A DNA stretch of 64,000 bases from Acidobacteriota bacterium (GTDB taxonomy: Bacteria; Acidobacteriota; UBA6911; RPQK01; CBDAPI01), in contig CBDBHK010000035.1 in assembly GCA_965205615.1 (NCBI GenBank), positions 17,495 through 81,494 on the forward strand, given 5' to 3'. Made by a program: the position numbers and the translations under genes. This document shows positions 59,027 through 64,000 of the stretch, in pieces. The notes below the pieces were generated by a model. The model saw only the letters and a list, made by a program, of their open reading frames with translations, was not told the DNA's origin and did no database searches. Within the stretch, counting starts at the first letter, position 1, and each line of letters starts with the position of its first letter.

Positions 59027-59986
59027 ATGAGCACAACACCCGATGCAATTCAGAGCCGCAGTGACTTTGGACTTGGACAGCGCGTTGCAGAAGAGACCCG
59101 TCACAGGCTCCTCAACCAGGATGGCACGTTTAATGTCGCCAAACGAGGACTCCCTTTTTATCGATCTCTGAGCCTCTCCCATGACCTGCTCTTCATGCCC
59201 TGGTGGAAGTTCTATACCTGTCTTCTGGCCGCTTACCTGGTCTGCAACCTGGTCTTCGCAAGCCTTTTCTTCTGGCTGGGTCCCGACTCTCTCGAGGGCC
59301 TCAACCCCCAGTCCGGCCGGGAGCTCTTTTTCGGCGCCTTCAACTTCAGCGTTCAGACCTTTTCCACCATCGGCTACGGCGGCATCACCCCCCGGGGCAC
59401 CGCGGCCAACCTGCTGGTGGTGGCGGAAGCGCTGGTTGGATTGCTGGGGCTCGCTCTGGCAACCGGCTTTCTCTTTGCCCGTTTCTCCCGTCCCGGCGCC
59501 AAGATTCTGTTCAGCCGCCAGGCCGTCGTCGCCCCTTATCGGGGCATCCGGGCCCTGCAGTTTCGAATTGCCAACGAACGAAACAGCCAGGTGACGAACG
59601 TCGAGGCAACGTTCGTATTGAGTCGCCGGGAAACGGTCAGGGGGCGAAGTGGCCGACGCTTTCATCCCCTGAAACTGGAACGGGACCAGGTGATGTTTCT
59701 GCCCCTCCACTGGGTGGTCGTCCACCCGATCGATGAGGAGAGTCCTCTCTACGGTCTCAAACAGGAAGATCTGGCGGCCTGCGATGCCGAGTTTCTCGTC
59801 CTCCTGACCATGACGGAAGAGACCTTCTCCCAGGAGATTCACGCGCGTTCCTCCTACAAGTTCCACGAGGTTGTGTGGGTGGCACGCTTCGCCGACATGT
59901 TCCTTCGCGACGAAGAGGATCACAGCCTGCTTTCCATAGACCTGGGCCGGCTTCACCAGATTGAAATGGCCTCCATGGAGGGCTAG
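59027..59986 (+). CDS. KirBac-like inward-rectifier potassium channel
   Basis: 2-TM pore domain with the selectivity filter TIGYGG, followed by a Kir-type cytoplasmic Ig-like domain (LQFRIANERNSQV...HPIDEESPLY). Confidence 0.8.
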   Translation: MSTTPDAIQSRSDFGLGQRVAEETRHRLLNQDGTFNVAKRGLPFYRSLSLSHDLLFMPWWKFYTCLLAAYLVCNLVFASLFFWLGPDSLEGLNPQSGRELFFGAFNFSVQTFSTIGYGGITPRGTAANLLVVAEALVGLLGLALATGFLFARFSRPGAKILFSRQAVVAPYRGIRALQFRIANERNSQVTNVEATFVLSRRETVRGRSGRRFHPLKLERDQVMFLPLHWVVVHPIDEESPLYGLKQEDLAACDAEFLVLLTMTEETFSQEIHARSSYKFHEVVWVARFADMFLRDEEDHSLLSIDLGRLHQIEMASMEG

Positions 59987-61723
59987 CCCGCATAGATCAC
60001 CGATTTGGAAATGAAGGTGATTTTGGCAGGCCGGAACGGTTTTCTGAGAGTTTCGCTATCGATCCGGTCCAGGTCGAGTGATGCGGTGGTGTGGATGGTC
60101 GTGAATGGAGCGTTTTTCGGGTTCGGAAGAGCGTGACGGAATGTATTCAGGCAGAGCTCGGCCTGAGCGATGGAACGATTTCGTTTTTGGGGGCGTTTGA
60201 TCGGGACAGACCTCAGCAGCGCAGAGGAATGGCCTGGAGGTTTCGAACGACGGCAGCGAAGACCTCGCTGTAGGGATAGGCTTCCGACATGGAGATCCAG
60301 ACGTGGCGGACCGTGAGGCGGGCCTGGGCGCCGATCTTGAGGAGCTTCAAGCGAATCGTCTGACACTGAGCGCGAGCCAGGGGGGTCTGCTTCAGTCCGA
60401 GACGACGCAAGGCGTGCATGAGCATGTAGGCGGCGGAGGACAGATACAGCCGGAGTTGATTGGCGCGCATCGTTGCCGCGCTGGTCCGGTCGGCGAACAG
60501 ACCCAACTGCTGTTCTTTTATGCGGTTCTCCATGTCGCCCCGCGCACAGTAGAAGTCTTCGTAGAGCGCGCGGGCCCCCAGGCGTTCCGGCGACAGGGAG
60601 GTGACGACGAATCGGGGATTGGCGCCTTTGTCCAGGAACTCGGCCTTGCCGACGACGCGTCGCTCCGAGGTCCAACTGTGGCGAGTCCGGTAGCGGAAAT
60701 CCTTGAACACCCGCGCCGGTCGCCCGGTGGCGTTGAACTCGGCTTCGGCCTGAGTCATCGCTTCGGCGCTCTCTGACTTGAGCCGATCATTGTTGGCCAA
60801 CCCCATCACGTAATCCACGTGATGGTCTTCACACCAGCGGAGCAAGTCATCCCGGCAAAAGCCCGAGTCGGCCCGGATGACGATCGAGACCTCCGGCCAG
60901 CTCTGCCGAATCCGGCCGACGATCCGTTCCAGTTCCTCCACCGATCCCGCGGCCCCATCGATATTGGAACACCGCAACCGGGCGCACAGCAGATGCTCCC
61001 CCGAGAAGATGTACAGCGGGAGATAACAGTAGTGGCGGTAGTAACCGTGAAAGAACCGGCCTTCCTGCTGGCCATGGATCGGGTCGTCGGTCGCATCCAG
61101 ATCCAGCACCATCTCCTCGGGCGCCGATTCGTGGGACTCCACGAAGGCATCCACCATCCAGCCGTCGATCCGGTCCGGGTCCATCGCGATCTTCTTGTAC
61201 CGCTCCTGCTCATCGACCTCGGCGCCGGTCAACTCCAACCGGTTCAGCGTACACCTGCCCGCCAGCGCCTTCCCCCGATCTGAGGCCTGCCGCCGCCTCT
61301 CCCCCAACGGATCGGCCTTATTCACCGCCACCGCCAGCATCGGATCGGTGCGCAACTGATCATGATCGTTCAGATCCTCGTACCCCAGACAGAGTCCGTA
61401 GATGCGCTGCCCCAACAACTCCTCGACCGTGTGTTCGATCAACCGCGGATCCCGGTGATCCCTGAAACACTCAGCCAGTCCGGCGATCAGACCCGTCCCC
61501 CTCTCGACCTCTCGCAACAGCAGCACCCCTGCATCGGAGGTGATCTTCCCGCCGTCGAACCGCGCCTTCACTTTGCGTTGAAATAGTCCGTGAAATTCGA
61601 ACCTGGCTTGTTTACACTCTGTTCTCATAAGGGCCGCCTCCGTTTGCGTGTGAAAACGTTCATTCAAAACGCTTTATACCAAACAGGGCGGCCTTTTCAG
61701 GTCCTATCGGTGATCTATGCGGG
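59987..61723 (-). mobile_element. IS1380-family insertion sequence, copy 2 (1,737 bp, inverted relative to copy 1)
   Basis: It has the same 18-bp terminal repeats as copy 1 (59987-60004 and 61706-61723). The left flank is CTAG (59983-59986). The right flank is CAG+CAGCCCGT, meaning either no duplication or a CTAG duplication missing its T. Confidence 0.85.
60213..61628 (-). CDS. IS1380-family DDE transposase (copy 2)
   Basis: Identical to copy 1 except A/E, D/G and V/A substitutions, as seen by comparing the translations. Confidence 0.8.
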   Translation of the reverse strand: MRTECKQARFEFHGLFQRKVKARFDGGKITSDAGVLLLREVERGTGLIAGLAECFRDHRDPRLIEHTVEELLGQRIYGLCLGYEDLNDHDQLRTDPMLAVAVNKADPLGERRRQASDRGKALAGRCTLNRLELTGAEVDEQERYKKIAMDPDRIDGWMVDAFVESHESAPEEMVLDLDATDDPIHGQQEGRFFHGYYRHYCYLPLYIFSGEHLLCARLRCSNIDGAAGSVEELERIVGRIRQSWPEVSIVIRADSGFCRDDLLRWCEDHHVDYVMGLANNDRLKSESAEAMTQAEAEFNATGRPARVFKDFRYRTRHSWTSERRVVGKAEFLDKGANPRFVVTSLSPERLGARALYEDFYCARGDMENRIKEQQLGLFADRTSAATMRANQLRLYLSSAAYMLMHALRRLGLKQTPLARAQCQTIRLKLLKIGAQARLTVRHVWISMSEAYPYSEVFAAVVRNLQAIPLRC

Positions 61724-61724
61724 C

Positions 61725-61756
61725 AGCAGCCCGTGCTATTTGCACCACGGACTGCT
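61725..61756. other. GC-rich hairpin directly abutting the IS copy 2 end
   Basis: AGCAGCCCGTG (61725-61735) pairs with CACGGACTGCT (61746-61756): 10 pairs, 1 mismatch and a 10-nt loop. It is probably the displaced gene-end hairpin of the Kir gene. Confidence 0.35.
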
Positions 61757-61835
61757 AGCAGCCACCGCGCCCTTCTGCTAAGGTCGCAAGGAGACTCTCG
61801 CTGACCACTTCGGGCCCTGCAGCGCAATTGACCTC

Positions 61836-64000
61836 ATGCGAATCAGGCACCTCATCTGGATCTTCCCCCTCCTGGTTGTGGCCGTCGTCTCCATTCTTCA
61901 CCAGGCCGGCGCCTCGCGGATCACCCGAATTCTCTTGAAGAAGAGCCTGGCGCGACAGTACGGCGTGTCGGAAACCACAGTCGAATCCTACGCCCGTCGA
62001 CTCCCTCTCGGATGGCAGGTGGGCGACCAGATCGCACTCGAACCCGACCCGCACCATCATGCCTGGACTGCCGGAGTTCAAGCGGTCGACGACGAGGGCA
62101 CGGGAGTCGTTCTCACCTTCGCCCACATGGGCGACGGGGACTTCCCGGGCCAGAAGGCACCGCTCCAGACCGGCTATGTCATGGTCAACAACTCCGGCCA
62201 GCCCGCCGCCGGCGAGATTCATTTCTTTGGCAACGACGGTGGACCGCTGGAACTGACCGTGGACGAAGTCGTGGGCTCGAGCTTTCCTTTCGCCTTGAAC
62301 CCGGGCCAGATCAAGCGCCTCACGACCGACGGAGTCGGCGAATTGAAGGAGGGCTGGGCGCGCGTTCCGTTCGGATCAGCCCATCGTCGTCACTTCTAAT
62401 TTCGGGGCCTTCCGGGAAGACGGCAGCGTGATTACCGACGTGGGGGTGGGGGAATCCGAGCTGGGGACCGAATTCACGATCTTTGCCGACACCATCGGCA
62501 GCAACGATACCGGGGTTGCCGTCTCCAACCCGGATGATGAACAGGCCCTTGACATCGAGATCACTCTGCGCGATGCCGCCGGAAACGACGTCGATCAGGA
62601 GATGCTGCACCTGGAAGCTCGCGGGCATCTGGCCGCCTTCCTGGGGCAATTGTTCCCCGATGTCGGGACCATCAATGAATTCGAAGGGACGGTCGTCCTG
62701 AGATCCACCACCCCGCTGGTCGCAGGACCTCGATCCCGGGTTTCAGATCTTCCCCAGGGCGATGTCGCACTGCAACCCTTCGCGGGCCTGACCCTGCGCA
62801 TTTCCAGTCTCGTCTTCACGTCGGTCCCCATGGTGCCTCCCCTGCCGCCCGGCGCCGAATTCACCCGCATGGCTTTTCCTCAGGCTGCCGACGGTGAGCT
62901 GGGGGACTTCAAGGTCTCCACCACCCCCGTGTTGTTCAACCTGACCGACCAGGAGGCGACGGGGCTGATCGAGTTTTTTAAGGGAGACGGCTCCGACAAC
63001 GAGGTTCGTGTGGGAGGTGTTGCCATGTCGGCCATTCCCTTCCAGATTCCACCGGGAGGTGTCTTTCGCGTGGACACCGACGGTGTGGGCGAACTGGCCG
63101 TCGGCTGGGCCCGCGTCGCCATGGACCGTCCCCTGGCCGGTGTCGCCATCTTTACCATCAGGGATGCAACAGACACGATCGTGGCGGCCGTGGGCGTCGA
63201 CTCGGCCGCGTTGCGCCAGAATTTTGAGATCCTGGCCGATACCACACGGCTCTTCGACACCGCGCTTGCCCTGGTCAACCCCCTGGAGGCGGAAAAGGGT
63301 AGTGAAGAGGATCCGACCGTGGCCAGAATCTCGCTGCGGGACGGGAATGGACTCCTGCTGGGCACCACGGAAATCGAGCTCCTGGCTCGAGAACACACAG
63401 CCTTGTTCGTGACCCAGCTCTTTCCCGATGTGAAGGGAATCGACGAGCTGGATGGACGGCTGCAAATCTCGGTTGCGAGCAGCCAGGATTACGTGGCTGC
63501 ACTTTCCCTCCGGTCCGCTCAGGAGAAGTTGACCTCGGTACCCCTCTTTCTGGAACAGCATCCCTTTGCTCCCACCTTGCTTTTCGAGTTCGCCCAGAAT
63601 CTGAAAGGGACGTCCCCTGCCGTCAGGCTGACACTTCACCAAAACGACCGCGACACCGCCCTGGAGTTCGTCAGCGCCCGGATCCCGGGGGTTCAGCTCT
63701 TGACTGAGAACTTTCGGGGAGGCGAGCAGTTTGGTTCCGGCTATCTGAACAGTCCTGCCCGCAGTGTTCTCCTGGTGGCCGGTGAAGTGGTTTCTACCGC
63801 AGGAGTCGACGATTCGGTCGCCTTCACCTTGATCAACGAAAGTACCGATGACGGGTTCAACATACAGGCCAACGGCACCCTCCTCGACGACGGTGAGGGA
63901 GGACTCCTCTTTGATCTCCAGTACCTGGGGAAAACTCCCAACACCTTTGTGGGAGACGACGCCGACATTGTCATTCATCTGGGTGAGGATCTTTTCAGGA
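61836..64000 (+). pseudogene. large secreted repeat-module protein of unknown family, frameshifted near 62367, with its 3' end beyond the window
   Basis: ORF 61836-62399 has a signal peptide and ends ...DGVGELKEGWARV then garbage. Frame 1 is open from 62347 to the window end and is not in the ORF track because it has no stop. A ~250-aa module recurs: GWARV at 62353 and 63103, QLFPDV at 62647 and 63415. The alignment WARV|RSDQPIVVTSNF versus WARVAMDRPLAGVAIF implies one extra C at 62367/62368. Confidence 0.7.

Noticed and set aside
29876-61723. A composite transposon formed by the two IS1380 copies
   Set aside because: The 28-kb cargo consists of essential single-copy housekeeping genes (dnaE, guaA, accA, ssb, mutS, tol-pal). 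Copy 1 has its own perfect CTAG duplication, and the outer flanks (CTAG versus CAGC) do not form a shared duplication. This fits two independent insertions better.
62743-63978. A 411-aa ORF on the - strand, the longest listed ORF in this region
   Set aside because: It is antisense to an unlisted + strand frame that stays open to the window end and shows internally repeated, protein-like modules. The minus-strand translation is a G/D/H/Q-rich artefact.

Overview
This is a roughly 60% GC, almost fully coding bacterial chromosomal window. The gene content (lptA-lptB-rpoN-rapZ, a complete Tol-Pal cluster, a W-rich DUF6600-type protein, BNR/sortilin-type and PQQ-type propellers) reminds me of Acidobacteriota, but that is inference only. 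About 45 genes can be called, and most are housekeeping: lptB, rpoN, rapZ, hflX, aroC, accA, dnaE, guaA, uppP, miaB, recN, tolQRAB-pal-cpoB, ssb, tsaB and mutS. There is also a translationally coupled tetR-OMF-MFP-RND efflux operon and a few accessory genes: a dual methyltransferase fusion, PPK2, a KirBac-like K+ channel, an M14 peptidase and an MFS transporter. Mobile DNA consists of two 1,737-bp near-identical IS1380-family copies in inverted orientation (29876-31612 and 59987-61723) and one IS630-family element (55115-56279, TA duplication). The two IS1380 copies bracket 28.4 kb of core genes. Two genes look frameshifted: a Crp/Fnr regulator near 9390, and a large repeat-module secreted protein near 62367. 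A REP-like GC-rich repeat family is present in three intergenic regions. I found no rRNA, tRNA or CRISPR array, and no recognisable defence, toxin-antitoxin or biosynthetic cluster. I could not support a claim of a novel multi-gene system. The most unusual signals are the shared IS target motif at stop codons, the REP-like repeats, the dual methyltransferase fusion, the Ser/Arg-rich tail and the repeat-module protein. All start codons are hand-picked and approximate. Family names come from motif recognition, not from searches.
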